A stretch of DNA of 64,000 bases from Ignavibacteriota bacterium (GTDB lineage: Bacteria > Bacteroidota > Ignavibacteria > Palsa-1295), in the NCBI GenBank assembly GCA_963787835.1, contig CAWBEI010000002.1:896001-960000 (forward strand), in the 5' to 3' direction. Below the pieces are notes generated by a model. It did no database searches, was not told where the DNA came from, and saw only the letters and a program-made list of their open reading frames with translations. Below are positions 9,523-19,751 of this stretch, one piece after another (the stretch's first letter is position 1; the number at the start of each line of letters is the position of its first letter). Position numbers and translations under genes: made by a program.

Positions 9523-10889
9523 TATCCAATCAAAGCCGATGCTTCCGAAATAAGTTCTTCCGCTTCCTCCTTTGTCGGTGCCTCCGCAATGATCCGAATG
9601 ATCGGTTCCGTGTTACTCGCGCGCGCGTGCAGCCATGATTTTTCGAAATCGATGCGAATTCCATCCTCACGATTGATAGATTTCGCTTTGCTTGATAACT
9701 TTTTCTCTATGGCTGAAAGTATTTCTCTAACTTGCTCCTGACTCTTCAACTCGATTTTCGATTTTACGATCTCATACTGTGGTAGCTCTTTTCGTTTCGC
9801 GGAAATGGGGCCGCCGAATTCGGCAAGAGCAGAAAGGCACAGCGCAACACCGACCAACGAATCACGTCCTGTATGCACCATCGGCAGGATCACCCCGCCG
9901 GAGCCTTCGCCGCCAATGATCGCATTCGATTCGAGCATCTTCTTTGCCACGTTGATCTCGCCGACCGCAGTGCGAAGAACTTTCGCGCCATGCTTTTCTG
10001 CAATGTCTTCTATGGCTCGCGTTGTAGAGAGATTAACAACAACGCACTGTCCACGCTGGGAATGCTTCAGCACGTGCTCTGCTGCAAGCACGATCGTATT
10101 TTCTTCAATGAACGGCTCGCCATTTTCCATGATGAGCACAAGCCTGTCTGCATCGGGGTCAACAACAATTCCCAGATCGGCTTTCTCTCGCAATATTGCT
10201 TCTTTCAGAGAGGTGAGATTTTCCGGAACCGGCTCTGGGCGGTGAGGAAATATTCCGGAACCATCGCAATGCAGTTCTATCACATCTGCCAATCCAAGGC
10301 TATGAAGCAATCTTGGATGGATGAACGAGCCGGATGCATTCACGCAATCCAGAACTACTCGAAAATTGCGTTCTGCAATTTTCGCACGATCGACAAATGG
10401 AATATCGAGCACCGCCTGAATATGCTGCTCGACGAAATCCCGGCCATCGATCACCTCACCATACTCTTCCGGTGGCACCGACTGCGTGTCGCCTGAATCA
10501 ACAATATCCCAAAGAACTTTATTTTGCTCCGCATCGAGAAAAAGCCCCGTTTCTGCGATGAACTTCATACCGTTCCACTCGCCGGGGTTATGGCTTGCCG
10601 TGATGATAATGCCACCAACAACTTCCGGTTTCACTTCCGCCGCCATCATGACGGTCGGCGTTGGAACCATACCAAGCGCTAGAACATCGCATCCGCTCGT
10701 TACAAGTGCATCGATCGCGATCTCATAGAAGCGATCGCCACCTAAGCGGCCATCGTACCCGATTGCGAATGTTCCCTTGAAATCGTTATATCGCGCAAAG
10801 CTTGAGGCATAGCGCGCTATGATCTCGGCAGAAAGTCCGTCGGGTGCGCCTACAATACCGCGAAGTCCGGAAATAGAGCGTATTAACAA
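9522..10889 (-). CDS. glmM: Phosphoglucosamine mutase
   Basis: SISGLRG, TASHNP, DPDADR, GGEGSGG, RASNTEP; TTG start. Confidence 0.9.
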   Translation of the reverse strand: MLIRSISGLRGIVGAPDGLSAEIIARYASSFARYNDFKGTFAIGYDGRLGGDRFYEIAIDALVTSGCDVLALGMVPTPTVMMAAEVKPEVVGGIIITASHNPGEWNGMKFIAETGLFLDAEQNKVLWDIVDSGDTQSVPPEEYGEVIDGRDFVEQHIQAVLDIPFVDRAKIAERNFRVVLDCVNASGSFIHPRLLHSLGLADVIELHCDGSGIFPHRPEPVPENLTSLKEAILREKADLGIVVDPDADRLVLIMENGEPFIEENTIVLAAEHVLKHSQRGQCVVVNLSTTRAIEDIAEKHGAKVLRTAVGEINVAKKMLESNAIIGGEGSGGVILPMVHTGRDSLVGVALCLSALAEFGGPISAKRKELPQYEIVKSKIELKSQEQVREILSAIEKKLSSKAKSINREDGIRIDFEKSWLHARASNTEPIIRIIAEAPTKEEAEELISEASALIG

Positions 10890-10965
10890 TTATGAATGAT
10901 GAATTATGAATGATGAAAGGTGAAAACCAATTTCCTTCATAATTCATCATTCATAATTCATAATT
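10888..10965. repeat. Inverted heptamer array (ATGAATT/AATTCAT)
   Basis: AATTATGAATGATGAATTATGAATGATGAA ... TTCATAATTCATCATTCATAATTCATAATT. Confidence 0.8.
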
Positions 10966-10970
10966 TTTTC

Positions 10971-11987
10971 TCACGAACTCGTTTGTGTCGCCCCGGCCGC
11001 TGGCGTGGAACCCGAATCCGGAGCGCCGCCTTCGGCGATGGATTTACGCATGTTCGTATCGGACTGCAAATTTTGCAGATTGTAGTAATCCAGCACGCCG
11101 AGATGTCCGGAACGGAATGCTTCGGCGATCGCCATCGGAATTTGGGATTCCGCTTCGACAAGCTTGGCTCGCATTTCCTGCACACGAGCTTTCATTTCCT
11201 GCTCCGTTGCGACGGCGGCGGCACGGCGTTCTTCGGCTTTCGCTCGTGCGATCTTCAATTCTGCTTCAGCCTGATCGCTTTGAAGTTTGGCGCCGATATT
11301 ATCGCCGATGAAGACGTCGGCAATATCGATGGAAAGAATTTCGAAAGCCGTTCCTGCATCCAATCCTTTGTCAAGAACTACTTTCGAAATGCGGTCGGGA
11401 CGCTCCAGCACTTCCTTGTGCGATTCGGATGTACCGATCGTCGTAACGATACCCTCACCAACGCGCGCTAAGATCGTCGCTTCACCGGCACCGCCGACAA
11501 GCCGCTCGATATTGGCACGGATCGTAACGCGCGCTACGACACGCACTTGAATTCCATTTTTCGCCACTGCGGGAACCTGTGGCGTTTCGATCACTTTCGG
11601 TGTGACCGATAGCTTGACTGCTTCGAGCACATCGCGGCCAGCAAGATCGATCGCGGCAGCGCGGTTGAAATCCAGCTCGATATTTGCTTTTGCCGCGCTG
11701 ATGAGCGCGTTGACCACGCGTGGAACGTTACCGCCTGCCAGGTAATGTGCTTCCAGCTTCGGCAGATCGACCGGAATTCCGGCTTTCAGCGCCGTGATCT
11801 TCGATCGCACGATCACATCCGGTGGAACTTTGCGAAGGCGCATCCCGACCAAGTCCGAAAAGATCCGAACGTGAACGCCCGACGATAATGCCGTGATCCA
11901 AAGACCAAGCGGAATAAAATAGAGGAAGAGTATGAGGAAAAATAATATTCCTACGACTACGACTATCGGGATTGCTGCTGCGCCCAT
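10971..11987 (-). CDS. floA: Flotillin-like protein FloA (UPF0365/YqfA)
   Basis: [46 protein letters not shown]. Confidence 0.93.
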   Translation of the reverse strand: MGAAAIPIVVVVGILFFLILFLYFIPLGLWITALSSGVHVRIFSDLVGMRLRKVPPDVIVRSKITALKAGIPVDLPKLEAHYLAGGNVPRVVNALISAAKANIELDFNRAAAIDLAGRDVLEAVKLSVTPKVIETPQVPAVAKNGIQVRVVARVTIRANIERLVGGAGEATILARVGEGIVTTIGTSESHKEVLERPDRISKVVLDKGLDAGTAFEILSIDIADVFIGDNIGAKLQSDQAEAELKIARAKAEERRAAAVATEQEMKARVQEMRAKLVEAESQIPMAIAEAFRSGHLGVLDYYNLQNLQSDTNMRKSIAEGGAPDSGSTPAAGATQTSS

Positions 11988-12372
11988 AATGTTTTGCTAT
12001 AAGAGTGCTGATTTGCTTTATTAACCTGCCACAAAAATACGCCACTGATTAGACCCATCCTCGAATTCTTCTCTTTTAACTTTTCAATCTTCTATTTTAC
12101 ACCTTTCCTTGTGACAAAGCGCCACATTCATGCACCCCAATCTCACCAAATATTTCTGAGTATTCATGAATTCGGTAAATTTTCACTACAGAGCGAGACC
12201 TTTCTCTTTCTATCGCCTTGTTTTCCCCATAAAGATTTAATATTGATTTCTTAAAATTGTGGAAACGGATCGCGAAAAAATACGCTTATCCATTAGGGAT
12301 CTTCCGGTTATAGTGGATGAACGAACGTCCTTACCGGGTAGATTCTTAATAGGGCAAATAAAAACAAGAGCT

Positions 12373-12415
12373 CCGCAGCGCTGCCTTCTTTTCTCGGCAC
12401 GCTGCGGTTTTTTTT
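12373..12415 (+). terminator. Rho-independent terminator
   Basis: CCGCAGCG(C)TGCC / GGCACGCTGCGG stem followed by T8. Confidence 0.75.
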
Positions 12416-12429
12416 GTGTATTCTAAAGC

Positions 12430-12493
12430 GTAGGTCGGAGCTTCCAGCCCGACCTTCCCAGCAGTAAGTGTCGGGCTGGAAGCTCCGACCTAC
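12430..12493. repeat. GTAG-type REP doublet
   Basis: GTAGGTCGGAGCTTCCAGCCCGAC and its exact reverse complement. Confidence 0.85.
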
Positions 12494-12504
12494 GGAAGCA
12501 CACT

Positions 12505-13461
12505 CTACTGCTTTGGTTTTACAAAGAACGAGACCGTGTCTATCGCGGCGCTGCCGAAGATGCCAATACCGCCATTGATGTGATTGAGCGAGGGTTGAAA
12601 ATCCGTGCCGCCGGAGAGCTGCCGCTGATAATCTGCGAAATTCGTATCGATCGCGTAGAATGTCACAAGGTTTGGGCCATACCAGACGAAAAATCGTGAG
12701 GTGATCGCGATAGCGGGTCCGGTCGAGATCTGCGAGTAGCGGGTCGTCTCGACGGCACTATCGCCGCCAACATGGATTCTCCCTACATTGGTATCGAGCG
12801 CGGTAACGCTGAGGAGATATTCACGCGAGGGATTATCAACAGGTCCGGCCGTTGCGAGAAAAGCAAATGCGGCGAGATTGTTGGTATCGAGCGTCAACGT
12901 CTGGCCTCGAATGGAATCGGCAAACGATGCAAGATGGATCGGCATGGGAACGGTTGTCGTCGCCGTTGCGAAATGTGTTCCACCCGTCTGTTCATCCGGC
13001 GCGATAACAGTGAGGTTGTAGGTCTGCCCACCCTGCACGATAAGCTTGCTCGCGGGAAGGTAATAGCGTCCTTTTAAACTTGCGGGCAACAGCGTATCGG
13101 CCACACCATTATTAGTAACGATAACGGTTGCGCCAGTGATGGCATACTCAAGATCGTTGAAGGTATCGCCGAACGGCGTAGTGCGGTGCAGTACGATGGA
13201 ATCGATCGGGTGATTTGCGAACAGGAATGTATTGATGACCAATTGCTCGGAATATTGGCTTTCGATAGGTTGATCGCAGCCGGCCCAGATCGCACCTAAT
13301 ATTGTCATTGCGAGGAGAAACTTCAATGGCGATAGCCATTGAAGTTTCGACGAAGCAATCTCTTGCGTTCGACCAAGGGATTGCTTCGTCGAACATTCCG
13401 AGGCGTTCGCCTCGGAATGTTCTCCTCGCAATGACAATCTTAAGTTAGTCCTTTTCTTCAT
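12505..13461 (-). CDS. DUF4249-like lipoprotein, partner of the TonB-dependent receptor
   Basis: Lipobox WAGC, C-terminal HINGGIGIFGS; start lies 1 nt after the receptor stop codon. Confidence 0.8.
   Translation of the reverse strand: MKKRTNLRLSLRGEHSEANASECSTKQSLGRTQEIASSKLQWLSPLKFLLAMTILGAIWAGCDQPIESQYSEQLVINTFLFANHPIDSIVLHRTTPFGDTFNDLEYAITGATVIVTNNGVADTLLPASLKGRYYLPASKLIVQGGQTYNLTVIAPDEQTGGTHFATATTTVPMPIHLASFADSIRGQTLTLDTNNLAAFAFLATAGPVDNPSREYLLSVTALDTNVGRIHVGGDSAVETTRYSQISTGPAIAITSRFFVWYGPNLVTFYAIDTNFADYQRQLSGGTDFQPSLNHINGGIGIFGSAAIDTVSFFVKPKQ
13301..13438. repeat. Palindromic element GTCATTGCGAGG...GAAGCAATC...GATTGCTTC...CCTCGCAATGAC, copy A (intragenic)
   Basis: Terminal inverted repeats and two internal hairpins; 138 nt; homologous to 16753-16883. 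Confidence 0.9.
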
Positions 13462-13462
13462 T

Positions 13463-15796
13463 TCAAAAACTCACCGATATTCCAAACGTTGGCAGGATCG
13501 GCAGCAATTTCACATACGTAATCGTCGCCGGATTCGTGTCCTGATCCACTTCGGAGATCCACACATTGCGGTGATCGTATGCATTAAAAATATCGAAATC
13601 GAATTCGGCATTGCGTTTGTCAGAAAAGAATCCGAACGAATACGTTGCCGAAAGATCGAGCCTGTTATACGGCGGCAGCCGAAGCGCGTTCATGTTGCCA
13701 TCGATCGGAATGCCGCGGGTTTCATCTTCGGCATTCGGAGCGAGCGCCGTGATCTGTGTGTACGCCTGTCCCGTGCCATAGGTAAACGTAGCTCCGATCG
13801 TCCAGCGGTCATTCAGGTGATAGGTCGCCACAAGATCGAAATCGTTTCGGCGGTCGTAGGTTGGCGGAAACGGCTGTCCGTTGTCGATCTGCGGGAATGT
13901 GCGCCACGTCCAGGCAAGCGTGTAGCCGATCCATCCGGTGATGCGCCCGACCTGTTTTTGGAGAAAGAACTCTACGCCATACGCGGTACCATTCCCCACA
14001 AAGAAAATATCATTGAGCGTCGAGCCGGTTCTGACATTTGGCTGCAACTCGACAAGGTTTTTCATGTCCTTATAATATCCTTCCACATCGAAGGTATAAT
14101 TCTCGAACGGCACGGTGGAAACACCGGCCACATATTGATAGCATTTCTCCGGCGGCTGAGTGTTATCGTCCGGCAGCCAAATATCGAAGATGGGAATGAT
14201 GTCGTTCGTGGCTAATTTCAGATACTGATGATAAATTCCCGCACTGGCCTTTAGCGTGATCGCCGGCGTAAGGATATACCGCGCAGAAAGGCGCGGATCG
14301 ATCCCGATCTCCGGATTCGAACTGATGCCATCGACGCGCAGACCGCCTGTGATCGCCAGCGGGTCTTCCACATAGCCTTTCATGGCTGGCTTCCATTCAT
14401 CCTGAATATAGGCTGCCCCATAGAACGGCGTAGTATCGACGTTCGCATTGGGCGGATTCGTTCCAGCCTGAATGAGGAGCGTGGTATGATATAAGGTCCC
14501 CTGAAGCCCTGCCTTGATCGTGTTTTCTGGATCGGGGAAGTAATCGACACTGGCGCGAGCCGTGTAGTCATCGATGGCATTCGTCCAGGTGAAAGGCTGC
14601 GCCGAGGACCCAATGGTAAACGCGGAATTAAAATTACTGGCGGAGAGATCGAAATTGGTGAACAGCTCACTGCCAAAGACGTGCGTCCACTCTGCACCGG
14701 CAGCTCGATTGCCGTATTGTAACCCTATGTTATTGACTGCGCTGTTCGCCGAATAATTCAAATTATCCGAACCATAATACCCCGAGAGCACGATCTTATC
14801 GTTCGGAGAAGGATTTTGTGTGAGCTTCCCGTTCAGATCGTAGAAATAATAATCCGGAAGTCCGAGCGATTTGGTGAGGCCGGTGGCGTTGAGCAAAGCA
14901 TCGATATACGTTCTGCGTCCGGCAAGCACAAGCGCACCAGAGCCAACGGGGGTTTGGATCGTCGCACTGCTTGAAATAAGGCCAAGATCAACTTTGCCCT
15001 GTGTTTGATTGCGATCCCCTTCAATATCCGTCACATTCAGGACTGCTGAAAGCCTCCCGCCATACTCTGCCGGAAATCCGCCCTTGATAAGCTCCACATC
15101 TTTAATAGCATCGGGATTGAACGTCGAGAAAAAGCCGAAGAAATGGGAAGGATTATAAAGCACGCTGCCATCGAGCATGATGAGATTTTGGTCTGGCGAA
15201 CCACCGCGAATATACAACCCACTCGATATTTCGCTCGAGGTTTGCACCCCTGGAAGGAATTGCAGAATGCGAAACAGATCGCCCTGCCCAATCTTTGGCA
15301 GATCCTCAACTTGTTTCGGAGTGAGAGATACTCGCGAAACTTGTGGCTCCTGGCGCTCGCGTTCCTCCGAACTTTGAATCGTGATCTCTTCGCCGGTCAT
15401 GCTTTGCACGACGAGCAAAATGGTCATCTTCCGCTCTTCGCCGGATTGAAGCGAGATCGGGATCTTCAATGTGCGATACCCGAGTGAGGAAACCTCAACA
15501 GTATCGCGCTGGCCGCTCGGAAGATGAAGGGAAAAGAATCCACTTTTATTGGTGACCGCGCCAAGTTTTAGCGCGCGTACACGGACGGTTGCACCGGGAA
15601 GTGTCTCGCCAGAGGCTGAATCCTTGACAAACCCGGAGATAATGCCGGAAGTTGAGTCAGGTGCTATCAACTTAGGATGACCGCGCAATACGGATGCACG
15701 CCCATGCTGCGAATGCACGAGCAATAGCAAAACTACGAACGGCAAGATAGACCTGCGTATCAACGGATGGTTTTTGTGAGAGGTAATTGGCTTCAA
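13463..15796 (-). CDS. TonB-dependent receptor with N-terminal carboxypeptidase-like domain
   Basis: ISGFVKD-x-x-SGETLPGA, LYIRGGSPDQN, KGGFPAEYGGRLS, terminal Phe. Confidence 0.93.
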   Translation of the reverse strand: MKPITSHKNHPLIRRSILPFVVLLLLVHSQHGRASVLRGHPKLIAPDSTSGIISGFVKDSASGETLPGATVRVRALKLGAVTNKSGFFSLHLPSGQRDTVEVSSLGYRTLKIPISLQSGEERKMTILLVVQSMTGEEITIQSSEERERQEPQVSRVSLTPKQVEDLPKIGQGDLFRILQFLPGVQTSSEISSGLYIRGGSPDQNLIMLDGSVLYNPSHFFGFFSTFNPDAIKDVELIKGGFPAEYGGRLSAVLNVTDIEGDRNQTQGKVDLGLISSSATIQTPVGSGALVLAGRRTYIDALLNATGLTKSLGLPDYYFYDLNGKLTQNPSPNDKIVLSGYYGSDNLNYSANSAVNNIGLQYGNRAAGAEWTHVFGSELFTNFDLSASNFNSAFTIGSSAQPFTWTNAIDDYTARASVDYFPDPENTIKAGLQGTLYHTTLLIQAGTNPPNANVDTTPFYGAAYIQDEWKPAMKGYVEDPLAITGGLRVDGISSNPEIGIDPRLSARYILTPAITLKASAGIYHQYLKLATNDIIPIFDIWLPDDNTQPPEKCYQYVAGVSTVPFENYTFDVEGYYKDMKNLVELQPNVRTGSTLNDIFFVGNGTAYGVEFFLQKQVGRITGWIGYTLAWTWRTFPQIDNGQPFPPTYDRRNDFDLVATYHLNDRWTIGATFTYGTGQAYTQITALAPNAEDETRGIPIDGNMNALRLPPYNRLDLSATYSFGFFSDKRNAEFDFDIFNAYDHRNVWISEVDQDTNPATITYVKLLPILPTFGISVSF

Positions 15797-15850
15797 ACGC
15801 TCGCCGAAGACGAGACAACCATTAGTTTATTGTAATCGGATCGTCCTGTT

Positions 15851-15886
15851 CCTCTCCCCACCATGGGGAGAGGTTAGGTGAGGGGG
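15851..15886. repeat. CCTCTCCCC..GGGGAGAGG REP-like palindrome overlapping the suhB stop
   Basis: CCTCTCCCCACCATGGGGAGAGGTTAGGTGAGGGG; same family at 17588-17675. Confidence 0.8.
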
Positions 15887-16737
15887 TGATCTTTCCTTAC
15901 TTCCTGAATGATCCCCTCGATCATCGCATGATGCAAGCCGTTCGTGGCAATGATGGATTTGCGGTAGATATTATAGTCGCTGCCATCGTAATGTGTCACC
16001 CGGCCGCCGGCTTCGCGGACCATGAGCTGACCTGCCGACGTATCCCACGGTGAAAGTCCGATCTCCCAGAATCCCTCGAAGCGTCCAGCAGCAACATACG
16101 CCAAGTCGAGCGCGGCGCTGCCTAACCGGCGAATGAGCATTCCCTTATGAAGAAAATTCGTGAATTGCTCGATGACGGACTCCGGATTTTCATCGACATT
16201 ATATGGGAACCCAGTTACGAACAGTCCCTGCTTGTATTTGGCTTGCTTCGAAACCTGCATTCGTGTGCCATTGAGATACGCTCCCTGGCCGCGACGTACT
16301 GAAAACATTTCGTTCAAATTCGGATTGTAGATCACTCCGCATTCCACGATGCCATCTACTTCAACCCCGACGGATACGCACCATATTGGCACGCCGTGCG
16401 CAAAATTGACGGTGCCATCGATGGGATCGATGATCCACCTTACCGTAGGAACCACCCCCCGCATCGTCGGCGATGCTCCCCCCCCTTCTTTAGGAGGGGG
16501 AGTAGTATCACTAGCGCCTAATTCTTCGCCGAGAAACACATGATCGGGATAGTGGGCAAGCACTGTATCGCGTATCGTATGCTCGTTGCGAGAATCGATC
16601 TGCGTGACGATATCCATTTCATTGGTCTTCGTTGAGATCTGTAGGTCGCTGACTATGGCTCGGTGCGCATAGTCGCCAGCTTCGCGGGCAACTTGTTTGG
16701 CAAGGTCGAAGTAGGATTGAATTGAGTCGTTAGCCAT
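15874..16737 (-). CDS. suhB: Inositol monophosphatase
   Basis: GEE, WIIDPIDGTVNF, RRLGSAALDL, PWD-x-x-AG. Confidence 0.93.
   Translation of the reverse strand: MANDSIQSYFDLAKQVAREAGDYAHRAIVSDLQISTKTNEMDIVTQIDSRNEHTIRDTVLAHYPDHVFLGEELGASDTTPPPKEGGGASPTMRGVVPTVRWIIDPIDGTVNFAHGVPIWCVSVGVEVDGIVECGVIYNPNLNEMFSVRRGQGAYLNGTRMQVSKQAKYKQGLFVTGFPYNVDENPESVIEQFTNFLHKGMLIRRLGSAALDLAYVAAGRFEGFWEIGLSPWDTSAGQLMVREAGGRVTHYDGSDYNIYRKSIIATNGLHHAMIEGIIQEVRKDHPLT
16451..16502 (-). repeat. Intragenic palindromic element in suhB
   Basis: Minus strand: CCCCCTCCT stem, GCATCG/CGATGC hairpin, GGGGGGTGGT tail. Confidence 0.85.
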
Positions 16738-16752
16738 TAAATATGTTAGTAA

Positions 16753-16883
16753 ATGTCATTGCGAGGAGAGACTGAGAGGCGATAGCCTCTCAGTCTCGAC
16801 GAAGCAATCTCTTGGTGTACTGCTTGAGATTGCTTCGTCGAACGAATCTCCCTCCGGTCGATTCGTTCTCCTCGCAATGACAT
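16753..16883. repeat. Palindromic element GTCATTGCGAGG family, copy B
   Basis: Same termini and core as 13301-13438, with different but paired internal stems. Confidence 0.9.
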
Positions 16884-16951
16884 GAACACTAACAACACAT
16901 TCCAAAAAATAACCCCTGATTCCGGAGCGAAGACATTCAACATTCCGTTTT

Positions 16952-17587
16952 ATGAAGATCATGCTTTCCCTCCATTCACTGCTCCTCGGCGGAATCACCG
17001 GCTACCTTATCGGCTCGATACCGTCGGCTTATCTCATCACAAAATGGAAAGCTGGGATCGATCTTCGCGAGAAGGGTTCGAAAAATATTGGTGCAAGAAA
17101 TGCCTTCGAGGTAACAGGGGATAGATCCATCGGTACGATCGTGCTGGTGATGGATCTGCTAAAGGGACTGCTTCCGGTTCTGGCCTTTGAAATGGCGGGA
17201 TCATCTGACGCGCTTGCTATCCTCATCCCCGCACTCATACTCGGACATTGCTATCCCGTTTGGCTGCGCTTTCACGGTGGAAGAGGATTGGCGACGATTG
17301 CCGGAGCATTGTTGCTTATCGACCCGGTAGCGATCGTCTTCTGGCTTTTGGTCTATTGGATTACTAACCGGATCAGCCATCATGTTCATTTTGCGACCAT
17401 CATGGCGTGTGGTGCTGCATTATTGCTTCTTATAGTATTACCTGTTCCAATATTGGAGAAAACAATATGGACGATCAATGGGCTGAAGTTCGCGGGGAGG
17501 CAATTCCAGGTGTCCGTTGGTGTTGCGGTGCTTATCATCCATTCAAGACATATCGAGCCATTTCTTGAATTGGTGAAAGGCAAATGA
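16952..17587 (+). CDS. plsY: Glycerol-3-phosphate acyltransferase
   Basis: GYLIGSIP, GSKNIGARN, D-x-x-KG, GHCYPVWLRFHGGRG, RH. Confidence 0.93.
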   Translation: MKIMLSLHSLLLGGITGYLIGSIPSAYLITKWKAGIDLREKGSKNIGARNAFEVTGDRSIGTIVLVMDLLKGLLPVLAFEMAGSSDALAILIPALILGHCYPVWLRFHGGRGLATIAGALLLIDPVAIVFWLLVYWITNRISHHVHFATIMACGAALLLLIVLPVPILEKTIWTINGLKFAGRQFQVSVGVAVLIIHSRHIEPFLELVKGK

Positions 17588-17675
17588 CCCCTCACCCGGC
17601 CTCTCCCCCAAGGGGGAGAGGAGAATAGAATGAAAATATTCCTCTCCCCCTTGGGGGAGAGGTTAGGTGAGGGGT
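17588..17675. repeat. REP-like doublet (CCTCTCCCCC..GGGGGAGAGG)
   Basis: Two inverted copies: CCCCTCACCCGGCCTCTCCCCCAAGGGGGAGAGG and CCTCTCCCCCTTGGGGGAGAGGTTAGGTGAGGGG. Confidence 0.85.
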
Positions 17676-17730
17676 CGTTTTAAATTCGAAACACATCCTT
17701 ACAAATTTCGTTATTTTTCATCCTGACTGT

Positions 17731-18957
17731 ATGTTGGATAAAAGAAAAATGCACCTATTACTACTCCATGTTCTAAGCCTGCTCTCGCTCGCTGCCCCTA
17801 TTTCTGGATGCAAACGGGATGTCGAAAATCCTGCCCAACATCCCTCCGGAGCGATCTATACGGTAAGCCAGCACCAGCCCGACCGCGATTCCGTGAACGC
17901 AACCATTTCCGGCGCACGCCGCAATGCGATCACCGTTGCGGTGGCAAAGGCAAGCCCAGCCGTTGTGGGAATTAATGTAACTGCCATCGAAGAGCGACAA
18001 GTTTGGAATCCATTTGCTGACGATCCTTTCTTTCGTAGATTCTTTGGCGGAGGAGGCACTCAAAAATATCAAGTCAAAGCGCTCGGCTCGGGATTTATCA
18101 TTTCTCCAGATGGGTATATCTTGACGAACGATCACGTCGCAGGAAACGCCACAAAAATTATCGTCACAACAACGGATGGATCTCAATATGACGCCCGGCT
18201 CATCGGCACCGATAATAATACGGATGTTTCCCTCCTCAAGATCAGTGGAAAGAATTTGCCGTATCTCAAACTCGGAAATTCAGACGATCTCGCCGTTGGT
18301 GAATGGGCGATCGCCATGGGAAATCCGTTCGGACTTTTTTCCATCAATGATAAGCCGACTGTGACCGTTGGAGTTATCAGCAATACGGGTGTGAATCTGG
18401 GCCTCGAACCGGACGAAAGCCATACGCATAATTATAATTACCGTAACATGATTCAGACTGATGCAGCGATTTCGAGCGGCAATTCCGGTGGGCCGCTGCT
18501 CAATGCAAATGGGGAAGTTGTTGGAATGAATGCCGTGATTCGTTCCACAGCGCAGAGTTATGAAGGCGCTGGTTCCATCGGACTTGGCTTTGCCATTCCC
18601 ATCAATCATGTGAAGGAAGTGGTTGATCGGTTGCGCTCCGGCGAGAAGCTCGATCACAATATCGGGAATATGGGTATGGCATTCCAGGATGTCGATGACA
18701 ATGCGAAAGAGATATTTAATCTGACAAGCGATGTCGGAGTTGTAGTCGCAACAATCAATTATGGTGGCGCAGCAGCCACCGCAGGTTTTGAACCTGGCGA
18801 CCTCATCACCGGATTGGATGACGAAAAGATCCGAAGTGCCTCCGGCCTGCAAAGCGCTCTTGCCGACCATATCGTCGGCGATAAGGTCACGTTCCATATC
18901 GTCCGCAAAGGCAGGAACGAAAGCATTTCGATTCGGCTGCCGGCGACCAAGAAATAG
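17731..18957 (+). CDS. HtrA/DegQ family serine protease with one PDZ domain
   Basis: LGSGFII, TNDHV, D, GNSGGPL; C-terminal PDZ-like region. Confidence 0.93.
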   Translation: MLDKRKMHLLLLHVLSLLSLAAPISGCKRDVENPAQHPSGAIYTVSQHQPDRDSVNATISGARRNAITVAVAKASPAVVGINVTAIEERQVWNPFADDPFFRRFFGGGGTQKYQVKALGSGFIISPDGYILTNDHVAGNATKIIVTTTDGSQYDARLIGTDNNTDVSLLKISGKNLPYLKLGNSDDLAVGEWAIAMGNPFGLFSINDKPTVTVGVISNTGVNLGLEPDESHTHNYNYRNMIQTDAAISSGNSGGPLLNANGEVVGMNAVIRSTAQSYEGAGSIGLGFAIPINHVKEVVDRLRSGEKLDHNIGNMGMAFQDVDDNAKEIFNLTSDVGVVVATINYGGAAATAGFEPGDLITGLDDEKIRSASGLQSALADHIVGDKVTFHIVRKGRNESISIRLPATKK

Positions 18958-18994
18958 CTGAACCGCGCTCGCAACGAAAATAACGGTCGCGTGG

Positions 18995-19723
18995 TTGAGG
19001 AGGGTGCGTATTTATATTGCGAGCAGCGAAATATATTTAGTGAAAGCCCCGCAGTCGTTCTTTGTCATACTTATCGCCATGGTCTGCGCCCACGCGGCGC
19101 TGCCAAATGCCGCATACTCACAAACTGCCGATAGCTCAAAAACAAAAAAGGCCAAGATCAAGGAGGTCCCCCTCAAAGAGGCTCTTGCACGCCACAAACC
19201 GGGCGATACCGTTGCCGTTGTTAACGGAGTGCTTGTTACGTATGAGGATTTCAACTCCGTGATGGCCGGGTATCTGAAATCGATCGTCGCCGAAACGAAG
19301 AATAATGTTGTCAATGATACGCTTTATACCGAGATCGTCGATTCGGCATGGAATCGCGTGATCAGCGACGTCATCATCGAGCACGAGATCGAGAAGCGTA
19401 AGCTGGAAATGTCCGTCGCCGCGATCAAGGATTCACTTATTGCATCGCCGCCCGATTTTCTGCATCAGCAATTCTCCGATTCGCTTGGCGCGTTTCATCC
19501 GGAGGTCATGCGGCAGGCGTTGGACGATCCCCGTAACGACACCATCGTGACCATGATCGTCGAGGGCGAGCGCGTCCGGTTGGAAACAGACCGGCTCATG
19601 GCAAGCCTCGCAAAAAAGGGCGCTTCGGAGGATGAACGAGAAGAAGCCTTTGCGGCGTGGCTGAAAAAAGCAAAGCGAGCAGCGACGATCGACGACCGCC
19701 GCACACGTTTCGGATTTTATTGA
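18995..19723 (+). CDS. SurA N-terminal-domain-like periplasmic protein
   Basis: Signal peptide, VAVVNG, WLKK...I-x-D-x-R ending; start uncertain. Confidence 0.65.
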   Translation: MRRVRIYIASSEIYLVKAPQSFFVILIAMVCAHAALPNAAYSQTADSSKTKKAKIKEVPLKEALARHKPGDTVAVVNGVLVTYEDFNSVMAGYLKSIVAETKNNVVNDTLYTEIVDSAWNRVISDVIIEHEIEKRKLEMSVAAIKDSLIASPPDFLHQQFSDSLGAFHPEVMRQALDDPRNDTIVTMIVEGERVRLETDRLMASLAKKGASEDEREEAFAAWLKKAKRAATIDDRRTRFGFY

Positions 19724-19751
19724 TTACTTCCCACCGTTCTGGGAACACTCC

